Shown here: positions 42,811-57,809 of the stretch, piece by piece | Layout of the letters: every line of letters starts with the position of its first letter | Numbering within the stretch: position 1 is the stretch's first letter | From: Chrysomallon squamiferum | Lineage: Eukaryota > Animalia > Mollusca | Direction of reading: 5' to 3' | Assembly (NCBI GenBank): GCA_012295275.1 | Contig: CM022679.1 | Location: 19,530,001 to 19,594,000, forward strand | DNA length: 64,000 nucleotides | Made by a program: the position numbers and the translations under genes | Notes under the pieces: model-generated | Told to the model about the DNA's origin: nothing | The model's input: only the letters and a program-made list of their open reading frames with translations | Databases searched by the model: none

Positions 42811-43991
42811 CCCTATTACAAGTACTTTTTCTTTTAACTAATTCAATTCTTTAGTATGGAGTAAAACTGAATTTCTAATATTCATAAACGTATATTATAA
42901 TTTCTGATTAAGATAAATTCATAATGGCCGAAAACAAATTGATTAGTTCAGACACATTCAGTGTTCTCTTCAACAAACAAAAAGATACTATTAACAAACT
43001 GGAAAACAATAATAGAGACTAACTGTATCAAAACGTTTTTTTTATAATATGTTGGTTTTTGTCGGTCGTTTTCGGCACCATATTTCTGTGTTCTTTCAAT
43101 TTTGATATTAAATGTGATCATCTGTAAACAGAATGTCTCAGGAGAGAGTTACTTGGGGGGGTGGGCTTCCCAGTTGCACAGTCGTCCATACCCGGCTAAA
43201 AAAACAACAAAACAAAAACAACTGATGGCCACGTTTATGAATCTTCTAGTGCCCTCATTCATGTATAACGCCTGAGAAACAGCAACCAGTATCACTGGAA
43301 ACTCGACTGTTTCCTTTCCTTAAGAAATCGCTGTTAATGGAAGAATGAGTGACTGTTCGAATACAAACATGTTCTGACAAAGTAGCTTCTCTTGATATTT
43401 TGAAATAAATTGACGATCAGGAGGTTGAAATGTACAACATGCCGTATCAGAATGTGCTACCAAACCTGAGGAGGCATTTTGGTCCGCATTATTCTTTTGA
43501 ACTGTTTTTATTAGAGAAACGCATGATTTATTTAATTATTTATTTCTCAGCTTCAAGTGTTTGTGCTACTGCTAAGTATTTATATATTCACATACTTACA
43601 CATACAGTTTAACTGCTTAAAAATAATACAATATCACAAAATATATCATATAATAAATTTCATCAGTCTTCACTTATAGAATGACATATGCTAGTATTAT
43701 ACATTTTAAATACAATACAACACTGTGTTCGTATTTTAATACAAAAATAACTAACACAACATAACATGAAACACATACATCACTTCAAAAATATAAACAC
43801 ATATTATCCGATGTATATTCAAATTCATACACTGTTATTTAAAATTATAAATAATATACCTAATAATAGTAAATAAAACCTAATATGTAAATGAGGTAGT
43901 ACCTTATCTTTAAAACTATAAAAACACTGTGCAACATCTTTCCAAAAAACTCTAGATTACCAATGACTCATGTCATAGCAAACAGAAAGAA

Positions 43992-45403
43992 GGGCTTAGA
44001 CCCATCTGGTAGAATTCCCATTTCGTAGAAAGGCTAAATGTGGTTCAGTGGTTTTATTGACATGATTGGTTTTACCTCAGTCATAATGAACTGCTTCAGA
44101 TTATTTGGAAAGCGATTATTATTGTACAAATACAGTAACATCTCGCTTAACGATATCCCGCTTTAACAATCTTTCTTCTTTACAAATTATATAAATAGAA
44201 ATTTAATTTAATAGTTAATTTCTCGAAATAAATGATACAAATGTATACAATGGATGTTTTTAAGTCCGTTTTCTTAAATTTTTCCAACATTCACGAGCTT
44301 CTCTCAGCTGTGTTGATCAGTTGACACGTCATACGTGCATCTGATATTCTGATTCTCTTTTGTCTTCTGCTTCGATTTAGACTTAAACTCGTTTGTAATT
44401 TACCCTTCCAATATGTCAAAACGAATAACACGATACCGGCAAAAGAAACGAAAGACAATAACTTTAGAAACAAAATACATTATCTTAAATGAAACCAAAA
44501 CCCACAAAAACAAACCCACAATGAGCGGCATATAATTATTTCTTAATGTATTTGTATAAATTGATTTGTAAATGATTTACTGTTTACTTAATATCTACAA
44601 CCTATTAAATGATTTATGTCTAAACTGCCGTTTTATTTCTCCATTTTTCACCGTTTTTTTTATGTCAGATCTCATCAGCGAGAAAGTAACCACTGCTTTT
44701 AACCTTAATTCTGTGTAAATTAGTCTCCCGCTTAACGATACCTCACTTCACTATCGGAAATTTGGAACCAATTACATCTTTAATCTGAGGTATTATTGTA
44801 GTATGAATATCGCTTTTCGCATGAAGTATGCAAATATGACAAATATCGAAATAATCAATGTATCGAATATAGTGAATGTAAATAATTAAAAAAGAAGGTA
44901 TTTATCTAAAAGTATTCCCAATGATTTGGTCCTTCGTATAAACTTTTTCAGTCATAGCCAAAGTATTTGCAGGTCATAATATTTTTAGTGTACATACTAT
45001 TAATATACTATGTCACATATATTGTATAATATGTGCACAATCTGAATATGTATGTGTGCATAACGTAAATATGATCAGTAACAGATATCTTGTACATGTT
45101 TAAGCTGAATATGGTTGAATTCGAAAAGTTAATGATAAATGTAACGTTCAAATATTCTATTTACTGAATATAAGTAAATTACGCGTATGTAAAATATGTT
45201 TTGTTAAAAATCATATTGATGAATTAGTTATTTATAATATTTTTGTCGTATTCTCTTACAGAAGCAAGCCATTTTTCTTTTCTTTCATTCTTTTTTCGTT
45301 TCGTTTTTTAATAGATTGATGAAATTGATGTAAAATTGTTTATTGGTTGCTTGTTTTGTAACGGAAAGGAAATGTTTATGAATTAGAAATGACCAGTTTA
45401 AAA

Positions 45404-45449
<46 letters not shown>

Positions 45450-45796
45450 GTAAAAGTAATTATAATAATAATAAGAAGAAGAATACGAATAATAATAATA
45501 ACACCAATAATAATAGTAATAATATTATAATAATAATGTTGATGATGATGATAAGGAGAATAATGAAAAAGTAAAAATCTACAACAAATGAGCAGTGAAC
45601 GCTTATTCTGCTTTCGGTTGATGTTACATAATCGATTTAGGAACAATGCGCTCTGCTCTAAATGTTAGAAAGAAACCAGATGTCTGCACAGGCCAAGTTC
45701 ATTATATACAGAGGTAATCAGGTATTGCGGTAGACGAGTTTTTTCTACGAAATGGGAATTAAACGAACTGGGAATTCTACCAAATGGGAAGACACC
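43992..45796. mobile_element. Degenerate non-autonomous DNA transposon with inverted termini
   Basis: cccatctggtagaattcccatttcgtagaaa (about 44001-44031) is the inverted counterpart of tttctacgaaatgggaatt...gggaattctaccaaatgggaagacacc (about 45742-45796). No clear TSD; superfamily not assigned. Confidence 0.5.
44133..44798. mobile_element. pogo/Tigger-like MITE nested in the element above
   Basis: TA-flanked: left CAGTAACATCTCGCTTAAC, right (reverse complement) CAATAATACCTCAGATTAAA. The subterminal motif cgcttaacgata is repeated near both ends. Confidence 0.65.
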
Positions 45797-46013
45797 TTGC
45801 AGATTACTGCCATGTCAAGAGGAACATTTGCTGTAGGCGTATGTCAGACTGCGGGCACAGTGAGGTTAAACCTGTAACAACAGAAGTGTAAACTATTAAA
45901 GCGTACCTGTGGGTCTGATAAATGGTGTGATAAAATTCTTAATACTTATATTACTGTTTTGATAGGCGAACGGTCTTTAATAGCAAAGTTTAAAAAAAAA
46001 TAATGATAATAAA

Positions 46014-46049
<36 letters not shown>

Positions 46050-46749
46050 TAATAATAAATATATATATATATATATATGGCGGACTAATAGCATTTTTTT
46101 TTTTCTTTTGTTGATATAACTCGTTACAAATTAACACTGGACTACAAAAACGTAACTTGGAAGTATAAAGAATATATTTATACTACATTTTTCTAATCAC
46201 CAAGGAGAGATTATAATTTCTATAAACTACATGTAAAGGAAATCATTAATTAATAAATTAAAAAGACAAAACAAAACAACAGAAGAAGAAGAGAAATAAT
46301 ATTTAAAGTAAAAAATAAATAATGGAAGTGATGATGGCAGTACCATCAGTAATAGTAGTGGTAGTTGTAGTAGTAGTAGCAATAATAGTAATGAACTTCA
46401 TCAACAAAACCTGAGAATTGTGAGCAAACAATTCAAACCTATCTATGTATGTATGTATGTATGTATGTATGTATGAATGTATGTATCTATCTATCTATCT
46501 ATCTGTCTATCTATCTATGTATATATCTATCTATCTATCTATGAAAAAGCAATATTGCATCTTATACAGGAAAATCGGTGATACTATAGTCTCTCAAGCC
46601 TCCCATAAGTTTGTTAACGACATAACTATTTTCCTTCTCTACTTTCTTATCCAGCCTCTATTTTAAAAATAGAAATGAAAAACCAAAATTTATATCCGAA
46701 AATTGAGCGGTGTAGAACATATTATTATATTCTGTTTTATAAACATATT

Positions 46750-47878
46750 TCTATAAACATTTTCCTTCTGCTCCTTTTTGTTAACATATGCCGTATGAAA
46801 TTTATTTAATTTGTTTTTGTCTGTATATTGTTCTTAGATTATTATATTACCGTATTAAATAAATTTTATGTGTTCTAAAGTTTAATGTTTTGGTAAATTT
46901 GAGGGTTAATATTTATATTCACGACTTCCAAAAGTTTTGTATTAACTCTATCGCTCTATGAAATCGAGTGTCACCTGCAAATTATTAAAAATATTGTATA
47001 GAATTAATTACCTGCATACTGTCTGTATCATCTGTCAACGAAATATGAACGTTGTGAGAATATCTAAGGTAAATAATGACATGGCAAAATAACGTTTTGT
47101 GTATTTTCCAAAGAAATTTAAAAAATATAATAATAAAATACAAAAAACAAAAACAAATAGATAAATAAAAATAAATAAAAATAAACTAAAGTAAAGACAT
47201 GCAATTTCCGGTATGGATTTACTTTTAATATGGAAAATAGAACTGTTTATATCGCTTACGCGACACGTGATTATTTTGTCTGAATAAATCTGAACACACG
47301 TCATTTTCCGTTTGAAACCTTGCCTCTACGTACTATTAAGTTATTCTCTGTTCAATTATACGATCGCGGCAGTCCTGTCTCAGTCGAATTTCCATCAAGG
47401 TAAGAATACATTTTACAATTCTCTCATAACTATACACAACGTAGTCTACATTTTTCTTCTGCTCCTTTTTCTTAACATATACCGTATGAAATTAGTTGAA
47501 TTTGTTTTTGTCAGAATAATGTTCTTAGATTATTATATTACCCTATTAAATAAATGTTATGTGTCTTTAATGTTTTGGTAAATTTGAGGGTTAATATTTA
47601 GATTCGCGATTTCCCAGACTTTTGTGTTAACTCTATCGCTCTATGAAATCGAGTGTCAACTGTAAATTATTAAAAATATTGTATAGACTTAATTACCTGC
47701 AGACTGTCTGTATAATGTGTCTACGAAATAGGAACGTTGTGAGAATATCTAAGGTAAATAATGACATGGTAAGATAACGTTTTGTATATTTTCGAAAGAA
47801 ATAAAAAAATAGAAAAACTAAATAAAATAAAAAGAAAAAGAAAAATACAAATACAAAAATAAATGAAACAATAAAACA

Positions 47879-47914
<36 letters not shown>

Positions 47915-48422
47915 ATTAAATAAACAATAATAAAATATGTAAATAAAAAATATCTTTGATAAATATAAATTATACTGAATATATTAAATAAATAAATTGG
48001 TCGCTTATCTTGATCTTTAATAGTGTACTGATTCTTTGTAATCTGTTATTTCGTACAATGATGTACGGGGTCACCTCACTGTGCCCGAACCAATTGTTAT
48101 ATATTACTGAGGCAGTCAAGGATAGCAAATGATAAAACAGTAGGGGATTACAGTATAGTTTATTTTCCAAAAGACCAACAATGGATTAACATTTTACAGT
48201 CGAACAAAATTGGAGATGAAATCAGCATATTCTGTTGCAGGTTACTGCCATGTCAAAAGGAGCCTTTGCTGTAGGCGTATGTCAGACTGCGGGCACAGTG
48301 AGGTCAAACCTGTAACAACACAAGTGTAAACTATTAACTGGTCTGATAACTGGTTTGATAAAAATCATTATACTTATATTACTGTTTTGATAGGCGAACG
48401 GTCTTTCATACCAAAGTTTAAC

Positions 48423-48476
<54 letters not shown>

Positions 48477-49483
48477 TATAATAATTATAATAAAAAAAAA
48501 AAAAAAAAAAAGAAGAAAGAAATGAAACTAATAATAATTATCCTTCGATCAACTTTTTACGATGTGAGAATAAGAAAACGTTTGTCAATGTCAGTCCTTG
48601 TTTGCGAATCAACCTGTAAGTCTATTATTAGTCCACCCAATGCTCCACTAGGTGCATATCTAGAATTTGAAGGAGATACATGTATCTTTGATATCAGATT
48701 TCTAACAGTAGCAAATTTTTGCTTCCCAGTTATATTATTAAATATTACAAAAATAATCTTGCTTTCAAGGATTGTTATAGAAATATTAATTTATTCAAAG
48801 CAAATAAAATTTGTATCACTAGATCTCTTATATTATTTTTTCCCCCACCATTTGTAAACATCCTTTACAAGAGCTTTGTATATACCAACTGGAAACTGAT
48901 GAAACTGAATATATACTATATCAGTGGATAAAGGAGAACCTATTTAAAGTTATTATTAATTTATTGTTTTGGGCAATCTCTCTTCAGTAAAAACAACATA
49001 TCAATTTAAAATATATATATATATATATAATAACAACAAAAACAAACAAAATTAACAAAAGGATAATGGTAATAAGATTTAAAATGAATAAATAAATAAA
49101 TAATGAACGTGAATTGTGAGCTAACAATTGAATTCTATCTATGTATCATTCAACCGTCCCAAAAGTTTGTTAACGACATCATTACTTTCCTCCACTAATT
49201 TTTTATCCAGGCTCTGTTTTAAGAATAGAAATGGAAATCCAAAATTTATGTCCTAAAATTGACCGGTATAGGACAGATTATTATATTCTGTTTCATAAAC
49301 ATATATTTATTTTATTTTGAATCATTCTATTATTATTATTTTTTTTTTTTTTAAATTTGTTTTTAAATTTTATTATAAATCATATGAAAATGTGTAATCA
49401 TATGTAATCAGTGTTACCTGTCCCGTAGTTGTATTTGCAGATGCAATGACTGGCTTTCTTTTCCTTCTTTCTTTCTTTCTTTC

Positions 49484-49514
<31 letters not shown>

Positions 49515-51500
49515 TTCATTTATTTATTTATTATTTTTATTCTAACTTTTTGTAATGTTTTTAGATCTTTATTATTATTATTGTTATATTTGCAATATTT
49601 TATTTATTTATCTATTTTTAATTTAACAATTTTGACATAAAACCATCATTGGTTAACTTAAGCTCATGTACTGAATATCTTACAAAGTAATATCTCTATG
49701 CCACTATTTAATAATTAAAGAAAGAAAAAAAGAAGAAAAAAAAGGCTTCTTGAATGGTACATAATGTCTTAATTTTATTCTATGTACATTTTTCTTAGAT
49801 TATTATATTACTGTATTAAGTAGATGTTATGTGTTCTAAAGTTTAATGTTTTGGTAAATTTGAGGGTTAATATTTAGCTTCGCGATTTCCCAGACTTTTG
49901 TATTAACTCTATCGCTCTATGAAATCGAGTGTCACCTGTAAATAATTAAAAATATTGTATAGAATTAATTATCTACATATTGTCTGTATAATCTGTCTAA
50001 GAAATACGAACGTTGCGAGAATATCTAAGGTAAATAATGACAAGGCAAAATAACCTTTTGTGTATTTTCCAAAGAAATTAAAAAAATAATAATAATAAAA
50101 TACAAAAAAAACAACAAATAAATAAATAAATAAAAATAAAAATAAACTAAAATAAAGACGTGCAATTTCCGGTATGGATTTACTTTTAATATGGAAAATA
50201 GAACTGTTTATATCGCTTACGCGACACGTGATTATTTTGTCTGAATAAATCTGAACACATGTCATTTCCCGCTTGAAACCTTTCCTCTACGTACTATTAA
50301 GTTATTCCGTGTTCAATTATACGATCGCGGCAGACCCCTCTCAATCCAATTTCCATGAAGGTAACAATAAATTTTACATACCTCATAACTATACCGAACG
50401 TAGTCTACATTTTTCTTCTGTTCCTTTTTCTTAACATATACCGTATGAAATTAGTTGAATTTGTTTTTGTCAGAATAATGTTCTTAGATTATTATATTAC
50501 CCTATTAAATAAATGTTATGTGTCTTTAATGTTTTGGTAAATTTGAGGGTTAATATTTATATTCACGACTTCCCAAACTTTTGTATTAACACTATCGCTC
50601 TATGAAATCGAGTGTCACCTGTAAATTATTAAAAATATTGTATAGAATTAATTATCTGCATACTGTCTGTATAATCTGTCTACGAAATATGAACGTTGTG
50701 AGAATATTTAAGGTAAATAATGACATGGCAAAATAACGTTTTGTGTATTTTCCAAAGAAATTTAAAAAAATATAAAAATAATAAAAAATAAATACATAAA
50801 AAAATAATTAAAAATTAAAATTAAAATAAACTAAAATAAAGACTTGCAATTTCCGGTATGGATTTACTTTTAATTTGGAAAATAGAACTGTTTATATCGC
50901 TTACGCGACACGTGATTATTTTGTCTGAATAAATCTGAACACACGTCATTTTCCGTTTGAAACCTTGCCTCTACGTACTATTAAGTTATTCTCTGTTCAT
51001 TTATACGATCGCGGCAGTCCTGTCTCAATCGAATTTCCATCAAGGTAAGAATACATTTTCAAAATTCACCCATAACTATACCCAACGTACTCTACATTTT
51101 TCTTCTGTTCCTTTTTCTTAACATATACCGTATTAAATTTGTTTAATTTGTTTTTGTCTGTATATTTTTCTTAGATTATTATATTACCGTATTAAATAGA
51201 TGTTATGTGTTCTAAAGTTTAATGTTTTTGTAAATTTGAGGGTTAATATTTAGATTCGCGAATTCCCAGACTTTTTTGTTAACTCTATTGCTTTACGAAA
51301 TCGAGTGACACCTGTAAATTATTAAAAATATTGTATAGAGTTAATTACCTGCAGACTGTCTGTATAATCTGTCTACGAAATATGAACGTTGTGAGAATAT
51401 CAAAGGTAAATAATGACATGGCAAAATAACGTTTTGTATATTTTCGAAAGAAATTAAAAAAATAGAAAAAATAAATAAAATAATAATAAAAATAAAAATA
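46750..51500. repeat. Cluster of ~690-bp repeat modules (5 copies in this interval)
   Basis: The marker aactctatcgctctatgaaatcgagtgtcacctg (or a near match) occurs at about 46944, 47629, 49905, 50588 and 51281. Confidence 0.9.
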
Positions 51501-51905
51501 AAAATAAATGAATAAATAAATAAATAAATAAATAAAGAAATAAATAATAATACATAAATTAATAAATTAAATAAACAATAATAAAATATGTAAATAAAAA
51601 ATATGTTTTATAAATATAAATTGTACTGAATATATTAAATAAATAAATTGGTCGCATATCTTGATCTTTAATAGTGTACTATTGTTTCTTTGTAATCTCT
51701 TATTTCATATAATGGCATACGGGGTCACCTCACTGCCCGCACCTGTTATTATATATCACGTGATTCGTGATATCTCCTACGCGACAGGTAAATCTGAATA
51801 AAACGTCATTTCCGACTTGAAACCTTGCTAATTTATCCTGTAGAGGATGTATTTAAATATTCCTCGGAATACTCTTCAATTTAACTGATTCTTAAAAATA
51901 AATAA

Positions 51906-51941
<36 letters not shown>

Positions 51942-52397
51942 AATGTTTTACAAATATAAATTGTACTGAATATATTAAATAAATTAATTAATCGCTTAAT
52001 TTGATCTTGAATAGTGTACTACTCTTTCTCATAAAAATGACATACACTTTAGTAAAGTTAATTTCCCAAAAGATCAACAAAGAACTAACATTTTACAGTC
52101 CAACAAAATGGGAGACGGAATCAGCATATTCTGTTGCAGATTTTTGTCCTGTCAAGAGGAACATTTTCTATAGGCATATGTCAAAGTCTTAACTGTAAAA
52201 ATTTAGCTTCAACAAAGGCCTGTTCTCTCTTAATCATATTTTTGAAGACTGCTGCCTATCATTTTCAATTTTCAATGCCATCCGTAACGTGATTCGTAGG
52301 ACTGGCACCATTTGTTTCGAAACGGTTCCAGAAGTTTCTGTCATTCCCCAGTTCGGTGACATACATTAAAACAAGTTGATCCTATGGATCCGGTACT

Positions 52398-52440
<43 letters not shown>

Positions 52441-52815
52441 AAGTAAGTAAGTAAGTAAGTTTGTATGTATGTATGTATGTATGTATGTATGTATGTATGC
52501 ATGTATGTATGTATGTATGTATGTGTGTGTGTATTTTCGCATAGCCAAATACACTCTTTAATTGGAATTTAGAGAAATAATAACAGTTCAGTTTTATTTT
52601 CAGAAGTAATCAATATGACACATGGAACAATGGTTAGATGTGGCCACGATGTATGTGATCAGGGAGAACAGTATTGTGTACCTGAAGACCAGAGGTGCTA
52701 TTACTGCATAGGCACCAGTGATTTGTGCCCTACAACACGTTTTGTTTTCCCTAAACAGTGTAATCCATTATGTATGGGTAGGTAAATGTGTTATGTATGT
52801 GTGTGTGTGTGTGTG
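51005..52815 (+). repeat. Segmental duplication copy A (~1.8 kb)
   Basis: Collinear and highly similar to 62163-63945, including the microsatellites and the Cys-rich exon. Confidence 0.92.
52604..52777 (+). CDS. Exon encoding an 8-cysteine domain resembling the Grindelwald/TNFR-type cysteine-rich domain (copy A); rest of the gene not resolved
   Basis: ttttattttcag acceptor, G|gtaggt donor, 174 nt, phase 1-1, open frame: xVINMTHGTMVRCGHDVCDQGEQYCVPEDQRCYYCIGTSDLCPTTRFVFPKQCNPLCM. Cys spacing is C-x4-C-x6-C-x6-C-x2-C-x6-C-x10-C-x3-C. Confidence 0.7.
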
Positions 52816-53259
52816 TGTTTTCTGTTTATTGTTTTTGTTTCAGATTTCCTTTATAATCAGACAGGTAAGAATTATTAATTGTTACAGCTATAAAATAATA
52901 AATGTTTGTGTTTGTATATTTATCGTATGTGTGAGTGTGTGTATATATATAGTTTAAAGTTTCCTTGTAATGTATATTACAGTTTGCTTTTGGTCCTTTC
53001 TGAATGAGTATGTGTTTGTGTGTGTTTTATTAGTTAGTTACAAAGGTTTCTAAAAAGAAGAAATGTTTTGCTATTTGTAAAATGTTTCTATAAAGCAGGT
53101 CTTTCTAGGCTAGATGATACTATATTTTATAACAGTAAGGTAACATTTTTATTATGTCTTGTTATTTGATAAATAAATAATACTCACTCACTCACTCATG
53201 CATGCATCACAAACTAACCCATTCATTGACTTACTCACTCTCTTATATATATATATATA

Positions 53260-53301
<42 letters not shown>

Positions 53302-56300
53302 TATACACATATATATACACACACACCTAACTACCTACATAAACGCAGGAAATAAAAATTATTGAATCATATTGGTCTTGTTCGTACAAAAAGTCTTTGA
53401 AGTATCAGTCTATGTTAATTTCGATATAGCCAAATCTTTTTCTGACAACTTATGATAAATCAGTCCTCCTCGTCAAGCCAAATGATGTCTTCATTATTGA
53501 TGCAACTAAAGGGGGAAAATTACAATGCTCATCCAGTTTCGTGATAGTACATTTTTTCTGTCATACTTTATCATTATCAAAGTTAAGTTTTTTTTTAAAA
53601 CACACAAAAAACAACAACTATAAATTAGGAGATACACTGAATGTGTTATTGTCAAAGTAGAGGCCTATATTAAGGTTAATTTGAACAAAAAAAAATTAAT
53701 TTGTGTAAAATATTTTCTTTAATGTCTTGCTGTGTCGCTGCTGTAAAATATTAATTTGTGTTCAGTTCATAACAATTTCTGACATCTAAAATTTGTACAT
53801 GAAATGTGATTGATATAAGTTGTACAATGAAACAGTAATTTCTTAGTAGTATATTTTTATATTTTTAACGTTTATTTCATTTTCTTATTTTCTATTTTTT
53901 ATTTTTTTCTCTCTCATGGAGTTATATTAAGTGACTAATAAAAGATATGAGTATATTCAGTTTTAATTTTTCTAGAGAACAAGACTGTGTTCCAGAACGT
54001 GTGTCATTGCTGTAAAATATTCATTTTTGTTCAGTTTATAACAATTTCTGACTTACGCTATTTATGAAAGTCATAAGATAAAGAAATATAATCAGGTAGA
54101 TGATGTCACCATTTGATATAGAGTGGCTAAATAATGATATTTATGGAGGTTAGAAGTATGATTTTTTACTGTTATTCCAGATAATGTGTTTGAGTTATTT
54201 GTTTAAGACTGTTTTATAATGTACATGAATACTGAGTGTATATAACACAATTATTTAGTTAATGAATCAAATATGAAAAGATGCATATGTAAACAATGTT
54301 GAATACCAATGGTAAAATATATAAACAAAGGTAAATACAATACAAAAAGAAAATAAGGTCAACATTAGGACACTCCGATTATTATGTACATGTTCTAACA
54401 CAATTAATATACTACTGTTGTTCTAGATAAAATGATCGACATATTTAGTATAAGATTAATAATTTGTAATGAATGTAACTAATTTATGCAGAATTAGAAA
54501 ACAAATAATAGAGGATACAAACATTTACCTGTTACAATAGTGTAACAAACCATACCATAAAATATTTTCTTCTTTCTTCTTCACAAGTACAGATAACTAG
54601 GTTTTTATTTATTATTTAATGAGAGGTAATTATATAAATTGAAATACCCACCTCCTTTAAGTGGAACAAGGCCACATTTAGAAATTTCCCTGATATACTT
54701 CAGTTCCATACATCTTTTCTTGTTTTTCCTACTTCAGTACAGTGTCCAGTGGAAGCTGACAGAACAACAGTAGAATTAACTTAGTATTAACATATTTGAT
54801 TATTGTAGACATATTAGTTTTGTTTGTTGAGTATGTATAATTATTATAGATATATTACTATTTTGCTTTGAAGTGTTTGACTTTATCAGTATGTAACGTA
54901 TGTTTCAGTAATAATTATGTAGTGTTCACTGTAACAGTGTACATGAATTCATTCCAAATAATGGGGAGAAAACAGTAGAATTAACTTATTATTAACATAT
55001 TTAAATATTGTAGACATATTAGTTTTCTTTGTTGTGTATGTATAATTATCATAGATATATTAATATTTTGTTTTGAAGTGTTTGCCTTTATTGATATGTA
55101 CACAATTATAATTGTAGATGTGTGAAGAAATAACTGGGGGATACATTTGGCTGGGTACTTGATCACTATTCACATCTTGAAAACAGGAATTTTCTTTTTT
55201 GAAAAGGAAGGTAAAAACATTCATCCCTAAATCCACTGATAATTTTTTATTATCGATAACGCTATTGCAGGCCTATGAATGTCCTCTTTTAGAAACGTGT
55301 TGCATTTGTGCCTCAATATTTTAAATTAAAGTGCTACAACAACACACTTTCGTCAAAATGTCAGGACCCAAGTCTCTTGTTTCAACCTGAAGTGCTGAAG
55401 TAAATCCACTGATGAGACCCTTCATTTTGATTTACACCAATGATTATGACGGTGAGAATTAACAAACTCCTGTTCTATATGACCTGGGGAACAAATATTA
55501 TTTTACACCGGCACCCTCTAAATTAAGTTTGTATGATGATATCATCAGATACCAGTGAAACAGACGAGATTAAATCCTCGCCAGACTATTCTTGGTCTAC
55601 CCCATGGTGTAAAATAGCTCTTTATATTCTGGGGAATATTTTGACTTACAGATTATACGCTCTTGTATTACTCGTAAGTTGGTCCCTATTTAAATGTCCA
55701 TTATACTCAAAGAAGATAACGTGAATGACATGATAAAGTCAGTTCAGACCACACACAATTCATATAGGATCTTGAGAACGACTCGGATCACTTCACCGTT
55801 GTAACAAACATATTACAACACTAACAAGCGTTTAGATATAATTATAAGTTTTGTTAGATCATTTATCAATAAACAAGAAAATGGTTTAGATAATTTATTT
55901 GCTAAATCAGCATATCCATTTGCATTGAATGAAAAGCTCAGTAAAACAAATAAAAATAATACATGTAAATGTTCGGATGTTTACATACAATGTATGTCTG
56001 ATCCATACTGTGTTATAATTTGTGACATAATTTTAATTCTTGAAGTGTAAAAAGACCTTGAACTTTCAGAATATTTAGCTTTTTTATAAATTGGTTCTGT
56101 GGGAACAGCCAGAATATACTCTAGGTGTAAACAGTGTAGCACTCCAGGGATAGTCTGGACAGGTGGTATGTATCTTGGGCTGTTTGACCGCTAAAGTACA
56201 CGAACAGATAAAAAACTTGAGATATTTAATTCCTCTTTTGTGATATAGTTCATGTTTTTTTTATTGCTGTTGTTATTGTTGTAATAATTGTTGTAGTATT

Positions 56301-56826
56301 GTAACATTGTTCGTGTTTGCTTTAGTCTTTTTTCTAATAATAATAAATAACGTTTGAATAGTTATGCACGTCAACAAAAAGAAAATCAAATTTAAATGCA
56401 TCTTGCAAGCAGCTCAATTATAATGATGATTATATCATGATTATAAATTACAAAACGATTGAAAAATATATATACGATCATAAAATAATTAATATAATTA
56501 TTTCACAAATAATTTAAACGATTATATTATATAATCAGCGGTCGAACGTCGAATATATACAATGTGGAAGTAACATAACAACAATATTAAACAAAATGTT
56601 ATTAATAACCATTTTCTTACACTTCCAAATACAGATTTAAACAATATATGTATATCTAAAATACTTGCATATATACATACTTATATGTATTTTTTTTTTT
56701 TTTATGAATGTTTTATATAGCCTAAGGTTCTTAAGATATATACAGAAAAATGTAATTTTTTATTTTTCATTTTTCACCTTTTAAATAGATGTATAATGTT
56801 AATCAAGTCGTAATACTTATAAACTA

Positions 56827-56827
<1 letters not shown>

Positions 56828-56890
<63 letters not shown>
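56828..56890. repeat. (AAT)n microsatellite (similar tracts at about 12212, 21110, 33520, 45403, 46015 and 48424)
   Basis: Read directly from the sequence. Confidence 0.9.
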
Positions 56891-57809
56891 TAACATATGA
56901 AGAATTGTGAAAATTAAATTATTATTATAATAAAAATATATTATTTTACAAGCTTTTATTTTGTTTTGTATTTTATCTTCTTTCACTATGTTTCATAAAA
57001 TATAAAAACAATTTTCTTAAATGTTTTATTTATGAACAACACACATATTTATTTTGATATAAAAATGTATTTGTTTTTTGAATATATTTTGTGAGTTTTA
57101 AACGTTTATCATCTTGAAACAATCAAACAAACACTATAATAACAATATTAATCAAAATGAGTTATTAACTACCTTTTTCAAACACTTCCATTATAAATAT
57201 TTAAAATTTGAGATGACAGTAATAATTACAGAAAAGGAAATAAGTACATACGTGTGTGTGTGTGAGTGCGTACGTGCGTGCGTGTGTGTCATTTGGAAAA
57301 AACAACAACACGTAAATAATAAAATTGTAATACTAGTATTTACTGCGGACTACCAGATTTTCTAACGATAAAAAATTAAAAAAATAATTTTAGAAATTAT
57401 AACTTCCGATATGGGTTTATTTTTTAACTTGAAAATTCCAAACTATTTATATCGCTTATGTGACACGTGAATTTCCTTTTAGATCAAATCTGAACATACC
57501 GTCATTTCCCACTTGAAACCTGATAACATTCATAACATTTACACTGTGAAACATTGAAAATATTTATAGCATCTAAACTGTGAAAAATTGATAGAATTAT
57601 AAAATTTGCATTGTGAAACACTGATATCATTCATATTATACACTAACATTTACCGATACACTAACATTTATTTGTGAAAAACTGATAGCATCCAAGATCT
57701 TAATGCTGAAAATAACTTCCAAAACTTTGGTCACTGAGAAGAAAAAAAAAGTGTTTATATTATGATAGAAAAATTAGAATTAAAGAGCGCTGAATTAATA
57801 ACTGAAACA

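Noticed and set aside
53976-54790. Candidate plus-strand downstream exons for the Cys-rich gene (acceptors near 53975, 54180 and 54737)
   Set aside because: Good polypyrimidine tracts, but no convincing donors or TM-coding segment, and the frames close quickly
55250-55800. Complex-looking sequence that might be coding
   Set aside because: Multiple stops in all minus frames, only a 63-aa plus ORF, and no recognisable motif
56086-56190. A possible minus-strand terminal exon (AVKQPKIHTTCPDYPWSATLFTPRVYSGCSHRTNL*) in phase with the VWC-like exon
   Set aside because: Another frame is equally open and there is no recognisable motif, so support is too weak to call
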